Source: a virus (taxonomy: Duplodnaviria; Heunggongvirae; Uroviricota; Caudoviricetes). From it: a stretch of DNA of 44,072 nucleotides. Below the pieces are notes generated by a model, which searched no databases, had not been told where the DNA came from, and was given only the letters and a program-made list of their open reading frames with translations. Of this stretch, positions 17,264 to 26,916 are shown piece by piece (the first letter of the stretch is position 1; every line of letters begins with the position of its first letter). Location of the stretch: the IMG/VR virus record IMGVR_UViG_3300045988_043987. One strand, written 5' to 3'. The translations under genes were made by a program, and so were the position numbers.

Positions 17264-17680
17264 ATGAAACTTTCTGATTTTTATTTCGAAGAGAAAGCAC
17301 TGGTAGGCAAGAAGATGCCGATTACGCTGCCGAATGGTGAAGACTCAGGAGAGTGGCTTAACGTTGTAAATACGGATGCGGATGCCGCCGTTAAAGCCGG
17401 GCGTGCTTTCATTATTGCGTACCGCCGTGGGTTGGCGCGTTTCGAAGAACTGGAAAAAGCCGCCAAAGAAACCGGCGACTATACTGAATATAACCTGGCG
17501 GTTAACGAACTGGCGGAAGACCTCAACCGGCAACTCGCGGCAGAAGTCGTAAACGGCTGGAGCTTTGACGAGCCATTCTCTAAGGAAGCGTTTAACAAAT
17601 TGCTCGATCAGTTCAAAGCATTAGGCACACAGGTAGCGGCGTTTCATAACGCTGAACGTAAAGCATTACAGGAAAAGTAG
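17264..17680 (+). CDS. tail assembly chaperone (gpG-like)
   Basis: acidic 138-aa ORF immediately upstream of tape measure gene. Confidence 0.65.
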   Translation: MKLSDFYFEEKALVGKKMPITLPNGEDSGEWLNVVNTDADAAVKAGRAFIIAYRRGLARFEELEKAAKETGDYTEYNLAVNELAEDLNRQLAAEVVNGWSFDEPFSKEAFNKLLDQFKALGTQVAAFHNAERKALQEK

Positions 17681-18045
17681 ACGCGCTGTACAGGTTCGCC
17701 ACCTACGAGTTCGTTGATAAGCATAAAATCAGAGAGTTTGATTCTATAGCTGACGGACACGAACAGGCGCTTATCGCGATGGGTGTAATCGATAAGAAAA
17801 AACGTGCAGCGCGACGGGGTGGGCCGGAATGCCCGCCCCTTTTTATATCCACCTTTGAGACGTATTGCGACATTAAGTTTACGCGACACGTGCGCGAGGA
17901 CGCTGTAGTATTGTTTGCAAGAGAATCCGTTACGTGGCAAGACCTGAAAGCCTATCTCGATGTTACGCAAAAGCAGCTTAGCCTGTTCGAGATAGACATT
18001 ATCATGGGCTTAGAAGCAATCTTTGAAGGTAGAAATCATGGCTGA
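17662..18045 (+). CDS. tail assembly chaperone T-frame extension (putative -1 frameshift product)
   Basis: -1 frame opens at 17662, overlaps last 6 codons of G ORF; slippery-like GGAAAAG at 17671-17677; ends overlapping tape-measure start. Confidence 0.45.
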   Translation, partial: SITGKVDALYRFATYEFVDKHKIREFDSIADGHEQALIAMGVIDKKKRAARRGGPECPPLFISTFETYCDIKFTRHVREDAVVLFARESVTWQDLKAYLDVTQKQLSLFEIDIIMGLEAIFEGRNHG

Positions 18046-20311
18046 TACCGCTAGTTTGATAGTACGAGTATCATCGACCGGCGTCGATAAAACCACATCA
18101 CAACTGAACGGGCTTACTAAGGCGGCGGGGGCCGCAGCAGCCGCCGTTGTCAGTCTGGAAACCGCTAAGCAGGTGTTCAGCGCGCTGGTGGACTCTCAGC
18201 GCAACTTCGACAAGCTAAATTCCGGACTCATCACGATGACCGGGAGCGCGGAGAACGCGGCTAAGGCTTTCAGCGTCCTGCAACAATTCGCAAAAGAAAC
18301 CCCATACGGGCTTAACCAGGCGGTGGAAGGCTTTACTAAACTTGTGGCCCTGGGCCTGAACCCCAGCAAAGAAGCGTTAATCTCCTATGGCAACACCGCC
18401 GCGGCTATGGGTAAAGACCTTAATCAAATGATTGAGGCTGTGGCGGACGCCAGTACCTTTGAGTTTGAGCGCCTAAAAGAGTTCGGCATCAAGTCCTCCC
18501 AACAGGCAGATACAGTGTCGTTCACGTTCCGCGGCGTAACGACTACTGTTAAAAAGAACTCCGAAGAGATTCAGAAATACCTTCTGAACATCGGCAACAC
18601 GGATTTCGCCGGGGCGATGGAGACGCGCTCTAAGACGTTAGACGGCCAGTTATCGAGCCTCGCTGACTCTTTCGACGGCCTTGTTCTTGCGGTAGCGCAA
18701 TCCGGTTTTGGCGACGCGGTAGGTGAACAAGCAGCAACAGCGGAAGATGCCATCACGGCGCTCACCGACGCCATTGCGTCTAATGAGATAGCAGCCACGC
18801 TGCAGGATTGGGTGACACTGTTCAATGAGTCGTTCAAGTTTATCTCCGACGCCTTGAACGACCTGGCATTTGACACCGAGGACAAATCCGCGGATATGTC
18901 CGACTCGCTGGGTACCATACCTGACGCTATCCGTGAGTGGTTGCCCGACATCCAGCAGACATTCCACGAGGTTATCGCGTGGTTCCAGCGCATTGACGAT
19001 TATGCCGTAGCGCTAGGGCAGACCCTTGCCGACGTGTTTGACCCGAGCAAAACGGCAGCGCTCACATTTAAAAACCTGACTGCAGAAGCCGACGCCGCAT
19101 ACGCCGCCAGCATAAAACGCGCAGAGGCAGAATCACAGGCCATTACCAACAGGTCTAAGCAGCGTAAGAAAGAAATTGAGGAGCAACGCAAGCAGTATAA
19201 TGAGCGCAAGAAGCAAGAGATTGACTTAGCCAGCCTTGTTAATAACAAGGGTGGAACTGGTGGGGCGGGAAACACCAACGACAAAGACGCGAAAGCTGCC
19301 GCTAAGAAAGCGGAGCAATTACGTAAACAGGCGCAGGATTACCTCGACACTTTGGCTCGTCAGAACAACGACGAGTTAAAGGCTATTGACGCTCAGGAAC
19401 AGCAGAAACTGGCTAAGGCAAAAGAGTTCTACGGCCAGGGCGCGTTGTCTCTGAAAGAATACGAACAAGCTAAAACGGCTATCGTCCTTGAAGCAGGGCA
19501 AAAACGGCAAGATGAACTGGATAAACGCCAGAAAGAAGCCCAGGAAAAGCAGCAGAAAGGCGACGACTTCATGGCCCAGATTATGGGCCAGAACGCCACT
19601 GAGCTTGAGCTTCTCGATATCCAGGAACAGCAGAAACTGGCTGTCGCCGATAAATACCGCGAACAGGGGCTGATTAAAGAGGAACAGTATCAGGCGGCAC
19701 TTAACGCTATCAATGAGCAGTATGCTACGAAGCGCGCCGACGCAACGGCAACCGCCTTTGGTAACATGGCCTCAAATATCGGGTCTGCGTTGGGCGAGGC
19801 CTCTGGTGCGTATAAGGCATTCGCTATCGTACAGGCCACTATCGCCACGTACACCGCAGCTATTGAGGCGTACAAGTCAACGGCTGCTATCCCTGTAGTT
19901 GGCCCGTTCCTGGCCCCTGTAGCCGCTGCCGCTGCCGTTGGGGCAGGTATGGCGCAGATTTCAGCTATCAGATCCGCACGTGAACAGGGTGGTCAGTTGT
20001 CCGCGGGGCAGGCTTCCACCATCACGGAACGCGATAAACCTGAGGTTATCATGCCGGCGGGTGCATCGCGTGTGCGCACCGCGCAGCAGATGAAAGAAAT
20101 TATGGGGCAAAACGGGTCTTCTTCCGGCCCGTCTAATGTTACTATCGTAAACAACACGAGTTCTCAAATCGGCAAAGTATCCACCGAACAAGATGATGAA
20201 GGCCGTTTGCGAATCATCATTGAAGAACAGGTTGCCGCGTCTTTGCAGAACAGCAACAGTAAGATTAGCAAGGCCCGCAAGGCCACAAGAAATGCGCCGG
20301 GGTTCAAATAA
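18023..20311 (+). CDS. tail tape measure protein
   Basis: 762-aa largely helical, Ala/Gln/Lys-rich protein; position. Confidence 0.85.
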   Translation: MKVEIMADTASLIVRVSSTGVDKTTSQLNGLTKAAGAAAAAVVSLETAKQVFSALVDSQRNFDKLNSGLITMTGSAENAAKAFSVLQQFAKETPYGLNQAVEGFTKLVALGLNPSKEALISYGNTAAAMGKDLNQMIEAVADASTFEFERLKEFGIKSSQQADTVSFTFRGVTTTVKKNSEEIQKYLLNIGNTDFAGAMETRSKTLDGQLSSLADSFDGLVLAVAQSGFGDAVGEQAATAEDAITALTDAIASNEIAATLQDWVTLFNESFKFISDALNDLAFDTEDKSADMSDSLGTIPDAIREWLPDIQQTFHEVIAWFQRIDDYAVALGQTLADVFDPSKTAALTFKNLTAEADAAYAASIKRAEAESQAITNRSKQRKKEIEEQRKQYNERKKQEIDLASLVNNKGGTGGAGNTNDKDAKAAAKKAEQLRKQAQDYLDTLARQNNDELKAIDAQEQQKLAKAKEFYGQGALSLKEYEQAKTAIVLEAGQKRQDELDKRQKEAQEKQQKGDDFMAQIMGQNATELELLDIQEQQKLAVADKYREQGLIKEEQYQAALNAINEQYATKRADATATAFGNMASNIGSALGEASGAYKAFAIVQATIATYTAAIEAYKSTAAIPVVGPFLAPVAAAAAVGAGMAQISAIRSAREQGGQLSAGQASTITERDKPEVIMPAGASRVRTAQQMKEIMGQNGSSSGPSNVTIVNNTSSQIGKVSTEQDDEGRLRIIIEEQVAASLQNSNSKISKARKATRNAPGFK

Positions 20312-20811
20312 TGACTGACTTATATTTCCCACGTAGCCTTAAGCCTATCGTATCAAAAGGCTACTCGATGACCAGACGCAACAACGTCTGGAGTGTCGAT
20401 TTAGCCTGCGTCGGGGTGCGTCAGGGCCGTGACACGTACTACGACGTGTTCCCGATAAGCGTAACCCTGATTACCTCAGCGCTGGGGCGGCAGGCGTTTC
20501 TATCGTTTCTCGAAAAAGTAGACGGCGGTGCGTCAAGTTTCTGGATGGCGCATGACTTCGGCATGGGTATCGAGGATTATCAAGTCACCATCACGTCCAC
20601 CATCGCGGAGTCCACAGAAGACGGCATTAACTGGACGATTACTTTCACGGCAACCGCTGAGAAATCGCCGTTCCAGGATGAGGATAACCAGTGCCTTGTT
20701 AACAATCTGCCGGATTTGTACGGTTGCTATGGTGATGTGCTGGGATGTCTCATTAAAACCTACGGCGCCGCACAATCAACGTTTCCACGAATTTGGGATC
20801 CGATGCAATGA
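20311..20811 (+). CDS. minor tail protein (gpM-like, putative)
   Basis: position directly after tape measure. Confidence 0.55.
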   Translation: MTDLYFPRSLKPIVSKGYSMTRRNNVWSVDLACVGVRQGRDTYYDVFPISVTLITSALGRQAFLSFLEKVDGGASSFWMAHDFGMGIEDYQVTITSTIAESTEDGINWTITFTATAEKSPFQDEDNQCLVNNLPDLYGCYGDVLGCLIKTYGAAQSTFPRIWDPMQ

Positions 20812-21323
20812 GTCAGGAATCAGTAGAAGCCGCCTATCGCCGTAAGCTGGCTTCAAATCCCGACGGCGAGATGGATTACATCACGTTGCAAATCAGCCAC
20901 CCGTTGCTGTCAAAGACGTATTATCTTGTGCGCGGGCTGCAGGAACTTACGGCAACACTGGAGACGGGCGAAACAATCACGTTCGAGCCGACCCCGATGG
21001 AAGCGTCGGGGGCCGCTAACAACAGCGATATGGACCAGACGACCACGTTTACTTTACCGGATATCCTCAATCAACTGGATGATGAGATGGATAAAATCCC
21101 GATGAGTAATACTGAGTTGCCAAAGTTCGTATTCCGCCGTTACGTCAGCACCGACCTGTCTTACCCGGCTGACGGCCCCGTCGTGTATGAGTTGCAGGCC
21201 ATCAACCAGGAGAAAGGTGAGTTCTCTGCAGATGTTGGTACACCTATGCTGAACCAACGAAGCACTGGTATACTGATGACACCTAAAGAGATACCGTTAT
21301 TACGCGGCCTGTTGACCACATGA
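20808..21323 (+). CDS. minor tail protein (gpL-like, putative)
   Basis: ATGA-coupled ORF in tail-tip gene block. Confidence 0.55.
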   Translation: MSQESVEAAYRRKLASNPDGEMDYITLQISHPLLSKTYYLVRGLQELTATLETGETITFEPTPMEASGAANNSDMDQTTTFTLPDILNQLDDEMDKIPMSNTELPKFVFRRYVSTDLSYPADGPVVYELQAINQEKGEFSADVGTPMLNQRSTGILMTPKEIPLLRGLLTT

Positions 21324-21685
21324 ATATTAACGACTACACGGGCATACCTTACGACTTTCGCAAACGCAATTGCTGGCATCACGTGCGCATTGTCCGCGCG
21401 GACGCCGGGTTAGACACCCCGGCGTTCGACGTCACAAGCCCTACGGCAATTAACGAAGCGTTTGACGAAGGTCATCGCAACACAAAGGGGCTTACGAAGA
21501 TTGATAAGCCTGAAAACTTCTGTGCGGTGCTTATGGGGTATCGCCGTGGTGGTCGTATCGTGTGGCACGCAGGAGTTTACTTCGACGGGATGGTGAGTCA
21601 TTGCGAGCTTGCATCCCGTCAGGTACGGCTTGACAGGCTGGCGGATCTCAGAGACACGTACACGGAGATTGAATTTTGGCGATAA
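21320..21685 (+). CDS. tail assembly protein (gpK-like, putative peptidase)
   Basis: position; conserved Cys/His (CWHHVR). Confidence 0.45.
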   Translation: MNINDYTGIPYDFRKRNCWHHVRIVRADAGLDTPAFDVTSPTAINEAFDEGHRNTKGLTKIDKPENFCAVLMGYRRGGRIVWHAGVYFDGMVSHCELASRQVRLDRLADLRDTYTEIEFWR

Positions 21686-24231
21686 TCCTGCACTACACGC
21701 GAAACGCCGACGGCGCTTTCGACCGTACAAAACACGTCGGGATGCCGATGGAGTTTGTCGTTAACCGTATTCCCGACGGCGTGCCTGCGCGAGTCTACCT
21801 CGGTGAGATTGGTGATGATACCGACGTAACCGACGACTTCGATGCGCTTAAAGACGAAGACGCGGTATACCACATTATTGAGGGTGCGGGTAGCGGGGCG
21901 CTTGGTGCCGTTAGTAAGGTGTTCGGTTTTATCCTTAAGCCAATCGCCAAGTTGTTCGGCCTGAACATGTCCGCTAACGCCAACTACACGGCGACTAACA
22001 ATCAGACAACGTCACCGAACAACAGCCTTACCGACCGCTCAAACAAACCACGCCCTTACGAGCGCTCTTATGACATCTGCGGTACTGTGCAGACAATCCC
22101 TAACGACCTTATGCAGACGTATAAGGCGTTCAACTCAACTGGTGCTTTGCTGGAGTATTCGTACTATGACGCGGGACGCGGGCATCTGCATATTGAGGCG
22201 GATGGCGTCACAGAAGGCGACACCCTTATAAGCGACATCACGGGTTCTTCTGTTGCCGTGTACGCGCCGTATACTTCCCCGAACAACACCGCATCTCCCC
22301 AACTACAAATCGGCGACGTCATTGACCAGAAACTCTATGTGACATACTCCAACGACGACGTTGACGGTATTGTACTGAAAGCACCAAACGACATCGGAGC
22401 TAACCCAAGCGCCGACGGCACCGCTAAACGTATTTCAAACACCGGCTACATTTATGACCCGTCAGGCGACTCTGCTTTTTCTGAGTTTCTTAGCGTCGGT
22501 GATGTCGCGGTGCTGAGCAACTTTGACGTTGCTGATGTCACTAACCTGAACGGCTCGTTTGAGGTTTTATACGTTGACGACTTCGAAGTAAGATTAGCCG
22601 TAAACGGTGCGTCTAACTGGACGGCGTTGACCAGCGGACAGACGTACACCCTAACAGAGCGTTCAGATACGTTTATTGGCCCGAGCAACACCTATGACGT
22701 ATCCCTGACAGACTGGTATTACATGGTGCGCGGAGAGGTTGACCGTGTGCTCGCTAACGTAGCCGGGCAGAACGGCCTATACAAATACGACGGCGGCTAT
22801 AACCGCACCAGCGTAACCGTAGAACTCCAGTACCAGATGATTGACTCTCAGCGCAACCCGTTGAGTGATATTTACACGGTACAGGCTACAATTACAGGCA
22901 ACAATACGGATTACGTCGGTACGTCTATCTACGGACAGTTGCCGACAGCATCTCGTTTCCGCGCCCGTATGCGCCGTGTAACTAATTTTGACAAGGGCTA
23001 CGACGGAACGGTAAGTGACGAGATAACCTTCATCAACCTGTACGGGCAGTCGCTGGACACAACCCCACACTACGGCAACCGAACTACCGTGCATTGCGCA
23101 CGTAAACAGACGCCGCGCGCCGCCAGTATCGACAACCCGGAACTACGCATGATTGCTACCGAGATGTGCTACAAATACCTCGGCAATGGGGTGTTCGATA
23201 CGGTAATGACTCCGAACACTCAGGCAGTGCAGTCGCTAATCCGACTGGCCCGAGACCCAGCGGTTGGTAATCTGAAACTGACAACGGTAAACATGGATAA
23301 GTTGCTTGCTGTGCAGGAAGAAATTGAGTCGTATTTCGGAAGTGAATTAGCGGGGCAATTCTGCTACACGTTCGACGACTACGACACCACGATGCAGGAC
23401 ATTGTTCAGACCATAGCGGAAGCCGTTTTCTGTACCGCATACCGTAAAGGCGCGGATATTATGTTGCGGTTTGACCGTCCGGTTGCGGGGCCTGAAATGG
23501 TGTTCACCCACCGCAGCAAAACTACCGGTACGGAGAAATGGACCCGCACGTTCAACGATTCTACGACCTACGATAGCCTGTCGTTCTCGTACATCGACCC
23601 GGATACGAATGTACAGGAAACGATTTATATCCCGGAAGAACTCGGTGCAAATACGGAGGAGTACGAATCGAAGGGCGTGCGCAACTACCAACAGGCATAT
23701 TGGCTGGCGTGGCGTCGCTATCAGCGCAACACGTTAAGTAAAGTTGTCGTAGAGTTCGAAGCTACGGAAGAAGGCGCTCTCGCTACCCCAGGCGGCGTAA
23801 TTAGTGTAGTTAAAGGTTCACGTATTGCACCACAGGACGGCTATATTGTTGCCGTTAATGGGCTTACACTTACGTTATCCCAGCCTGTTACGTTTACTCC
23901 TGGCGATGACCACTCCATCATTCTTAAGAAGCGCGATGGCTCGGTGCAGAGTATCTCCGTTATCAAAGGAAGCCACGACCGCGAAGTGATTATGCTCTCT
24001 GCGCCGGAGGAGGCAATCTACACAGGGAATAGTGCGCTAAAAACTGAGTTTTCATTCGGCAACGAAGCAAGGCATAATGCTCAGAAGATAGTTGTTTCTT
24101 CAATCGACCCGGGCGACGACCGCACGGTCAAGATTACGGGCTACAACTATGATGACGGATTCTATAAATACGACGGCGTCGCGCCATACGGCAGCGGTTT
24201 CTCCGACGGATTCAGCAATGGTTTTAATTAA
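21676..24231 (+). CDS. tail tip / central fibre protein (gpJ-like)
   Basis: 851-aa ORF after gpK-like gene; start uncertain (TTG 21676 or ATG 21742). Confidence 0.7.
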   Translation: MAIILHYTRNADGAFDRTKHVGMPMEFVVNRIPDGVPARVYLGEIGDDTDVTDDFDALKDEDAVYHIIEGAGSGALGAVSKVFGFILKPIAKLFGLNMSANANYTATNNQTTSPNNSLTDRSNKPRPYERSYDICGTVQTIPNDLMQTYKAFNSTGALLEYSYYDAGRGHLHIEADGVTEGDTLISDITGSSVAVYAPYTSPNNTASPQLQIGDVIDQKLYVTYSNDDVDGIVLKAPNDIGANPSADGTAKRISNTGYIYDPSGDSAFSEFLSVGDVAVLSNFDVADVTNLNGSFEVLYVDDFEVRLAVNGASNWTALTSGQTYTLTERSDTFIGPSNTYDVSLTDWYYMVRGEVDRVLANVAGQNGLYKYDGGYNRTSVTVELQYQMIDSQRNPLSDIYTVQATITGNNTDYVGTSIYGQLPTASRFRARMRRVTNFDKGYDGTVSDEITFINLYGQSLDTTPHYGNRTTVHCARKQTPRAASIDNPELRMIATEMCYKYLGNGVFDTVMTPNTQAVQSLIRLARDPAVGNLKLTTVNMDKLLAVQEEIESYFGSELAGQFCYTFDDYDTTMQDIVQTIAEAVFCTAYRKGADIMLRFDRPVAGPEMVFTHRSKTTGTEKWTRTFNDSTTYDSLSFSYIDPDTNVQETIYIPEELGANTEEYESKGVRNYQQAYWLAWRRYQRNTLSKVVVEFEATEEGALATPGGVISVVKGSRIAPQDGYIVAVNGLTLTLSQPVTFTPGDDHSIILKKRDGSVQSISVIKGSHDREVIMLSAPEEAIYTGNSALKTEFSFGNEARHNAQKIVVSSIDPGDDRTVKITGYNYDDGFYKYDGVAPYGSGFSDGFSNGFN

Positions 24232-24243
24232 AGAGGACTCTAT

Positions 24244-26238
24244 ATGTCAAGCGGATGCGGTGACGTTTTAAGCCTGGCGGATTTACAAACCGCCAAGAAA
24301 CACCAGATTTTTGAAGCTGAGGTTATCACCGGCAAGTCCGGCGGTGTCGCTGGCGGTGCTGATATTGATTATGCGACCAATGCGGTTACAGGGCAGACCC
24401 AAAAGACACTACCTGCCGTGTTACGTGACGTGGGCTTCCGCCCGGCGGCATTTACGTTCGCCACTGGAGGTACGCTGGGTGTTAATGACGCAGATTTAGC
24501 GGTTTTATGGCCTATTTCCGATGGTGGCGATGGTAACTATTACGCGTGGAAAGGCGCGCTGCCGAAGGTTGTGCCTGCGGCGTCGACCCCTCTAACCACC
24601 GGCGGCGTTTCCGATGAGGCTTGGATGCCTGTGACAGAGGCCGCCTTACGTAGTGATTTAGCTTCCAGTAGTGGGGCTGGTATGATAGGGACTACCTCAG
24701 GCGCTACGGTGCAAGATACTATTAATCAAACAGGAACCCAGCAAAAGGATTTACATCCATTTGTACCAACAGGTTCTTTCGGTTCTGGTGCTTCTTTCAC
24801 TTCTACACTTCAAGTATTCGAACATAATGGCGAATATTATTCATACAAAGGACCAATTTCACCAGGTTCTACAGTCCCGGCAACACCATCATCCGATGCA
24901 AACTGGAAAAAAGAACCCGTGTCTGACTATATTGAAAATTACGGCGGCGGCGTGCATGTTGCCGACCAAACACCCGCGATATTAAAAGCTATAGATGCTG
25001 GTGTACGACGCATTGTTCTACCCAAGGGTGAGCTTAGGATGTCACCTTGTACCATACCGGGATACACCCAAGGGCTAACTTTTGTAGGTCAAGGTGCTAA
25101 CCAGGCGTACTCAGGTACTACAGTAATAAAACCGTTGAACGATGGTCAGAACTATATTTTTGGCTCTGGTGACACTAATGATGGGCAAGATAGTATTAAG
25201 TTTGAAAACATCCAGTTCGACGGTGAGTGGCGGTGCAACCACGCCATACTGCATACTCGTGGTGCCGGTTGGTACTACGAGAAGTTAACTGGCAAGAGAT
25301 TCAATACGTGGTTTATCTACGACGGTCAAGGACTTGCCAGATTTAGAGATATTTATTGCGAAGCCACTGATGCATCAGATATCTCAATCCGTGCAACGGG
25401 GGGTGGCATACGGGTGTATAGCGACTCTGTCCTGGACACTGTGGAAGTGTACGGAGGAAGCTGCCCATTAAGGTTATCAGCCGGTGGCAATCGAGCTAGC
25501 AATATCTTTTGTAATGGAGGGTATGATATCGGCGCTATAGCTTTAGAGCCACAAGATACTTCAACAAATCATATAAACACGGCGTTAAGTAATATATATA
25601 TAGGTGAGAGTACTAATACATCAGGTGTAGCTATCCCAATTTTAGCACTGTATGGAAACTCCGTAAGAAAAGTAGAATCTGTGCAAATATCTAACGCTCA
25701 TTTTGTTCATGCATCAACCACATTGAATACTAACATGACAGTTATAAGGGCTGATAAAGTTAATGGTTTTGTTATGTCTTCTTTTGATGCACTTGCCATG
25801 GGAGAATACAGCACATCTAGCCGACGTACATATAACTTCCTTAATGCAACTAATTCTACATCTATGTTATTTTCTGCTGGCAGTATTAGAGGCGTAAATA
25901 ATAATCCAATAGTATTGGGTGATGGATGCTCATTGAGCATAGATGCAGTTGAGTTTAATGGCTGGGGTACAAACTCTGATTCTGGCACTGAAAACAAAGC
26001 CGCTATCAGAACCACATCCTCCGATGCAAGGTGCGTGATAGGCTCATCATGTAACTTTACCGCAAGTCAAACAGACTCATACGCCGTTTGTGCTTATAAT
26101 GAGTTTACGGTTAGCGCATCGATACTTAACATAAACTATAGTAGTTCTACAATATTCTACCCTGCTAACGTTAATTACAGTTACATATATAAACGTCCCG
26201 GTGGTAAGATAACTTTAGTTAACACTTTTAGTGCGTAG
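24244..26238 (+). CDS. tailspike / receptor-binding protein (putative beta-helix)
   Basis: 664-aa ORF at end of tail module; N/S/T/G-rich repetitive C-terminal region. Confidence 0.7.
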   Translation: MSSGCGDVLSLADLQTAKKHQIFEAEVITGKSGGVAGGADIDYATNAVTGQTQKTLPAVLRDVGFRPAAFTFATGGTLGVNDADLAVLWPISDGGDGNYYAWKGALPKVVPAASTPLTTGGVSDEAWMPVTEAALRSDLASSSGAGMIGTTSGATVQDTINQTGTQQKDLHPFVPTGSFGSGASFTSTLQVFEHNGEYYSYKGPISPGSTVPATPSSDANWKKEPVSDYIENYGGGVHVADQTPAILKAIDAGVRRIVLPKGELRMSPCTIPGYTQGLTFVGQGANQAYSGTTVIKPLNDGQNYIFGSGDTNDGQDSIKFENIQFDGEWRCNHAILHTRGAGWYYEKLTGKRFNTWFIYDGQGLARFRDIYCEATDASDISIRATGGGIRVYSDSVLDTVEVYGGSCPLRLSAGGNRASNIFCNGGYDIGAIALEPQDTSTNHINTALSNIYIGESTNTSGVAIPILALYGNSVRKVESVQISNAHFVHASTTLNTNMTVIRADKVNGFVMSSFDALAMGEYSTSSRRTYNFLNATNSTSMLFSAGSIRGVNNNPIVLGDGCSLSIDAVEFNGWGTNSDSGTENKAAIRTTSSDARCVIGSSCNFTASQTDSYAVCAYNEFTVSASILNINYSSSTIFYPANVNYSYIYKRPGGKITLVNTFSA

Positions 26239-26242
26239 AAAT

Positions 26243-26268
26243 AAGGCCCCGAAAGGGGCCTTTTCTCT
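26243..26268. terminator. bidirectional intrinsic terminator
   Basis: AAGGCCCC-GAAA-GGGGCCTT plus TTTT. Confidence 0.7.
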
Positions 26269-26404
26269 ACTCTTCTGATACCTTCTCCAGTACAAACGCC
26301 AGTTGCGCATTAGCGGCATCTCTTTGCTGCCGTAGTCGTAGAACCTCTTCTTCAAGTTCCTTGATACGTTTTTGTAATGCCGGAATCGGGGCTATGATGT
26401 TCAT
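26267..26404 (-). CDS. hypothetical coiled-coil micro-protein (45 aa)
   Basis: ATGA coupling to stop of Toprim gene; below track cutoff. Confidence 0.3.
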   Translation of the reverse strand: MNIIAPIPALQKRIKELEEEVLRLRQQRDAANAQLAFVLEKVSEE

Positions 26405-26916
26405 CTGGTAAATTTCCTCGCAAGATACGTTATTTCTTCTTCACAAAGTTCATCAAGGTCATTTGACACAAATCCTCTGGTGAATGTTTTGCTGAACTTT
26501 AAGCCCGCTTTATCATTGTCACCGGCGCACACCCATTCATACGGCAAAAGTGACATTTGCTGCCGTAAGTCCGCTGGTATGTTCGACCCCAATGCGCTAA
26601 CTGCATTAAACCCGCAATTCATCAAAGCAACAGCTTTAAATATGCTTTCGGTAACAAATACCACCCCGCTACTCGGCAAATACTCAAGTCCCCATAAACA
26701 CGGCCTTGTTGTTCGGGTATAGTACCGCGCGTCTTTATGGTTCTTGCAGTTCTTTTCGGCGTGTGGTTTGTAGTGCTGGTACCCGCGAAGCCTACCGTCA
26801 AATCCCCACAGGTAAAACGTAGCTACTCCAGGGCCTAAGACTACACGTAAACGGTCCGCGTCAAAACCTCGTGACAGCAGATGTGCCTTAAGTAGTAACT
26901 CCTCGCTGCCCATCAT
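26401..26916 (-). CDS. Toprim-domain protein (putative)
   Basis: VTESIFKAVAL (Toprim Glu) and CAGDNDKAG (DxD) motifs. Confidence 0.5.
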   Translation of the reverse strand: MMGSEELLLKAHLLSRGFDADRLRVVLGPGVATFYLWGFDGRLRGYQHYKPHAEKNCKNHKDARYYTRTTRPCLWGLEYLPSSGVVFVTESIFKAVALMNCGFNAVSALGSNIPADLRQQMSLLPYEWVCAGDNDKAGLKFSKTFTRGFVSNDLDELCEEEITYLARKFTR

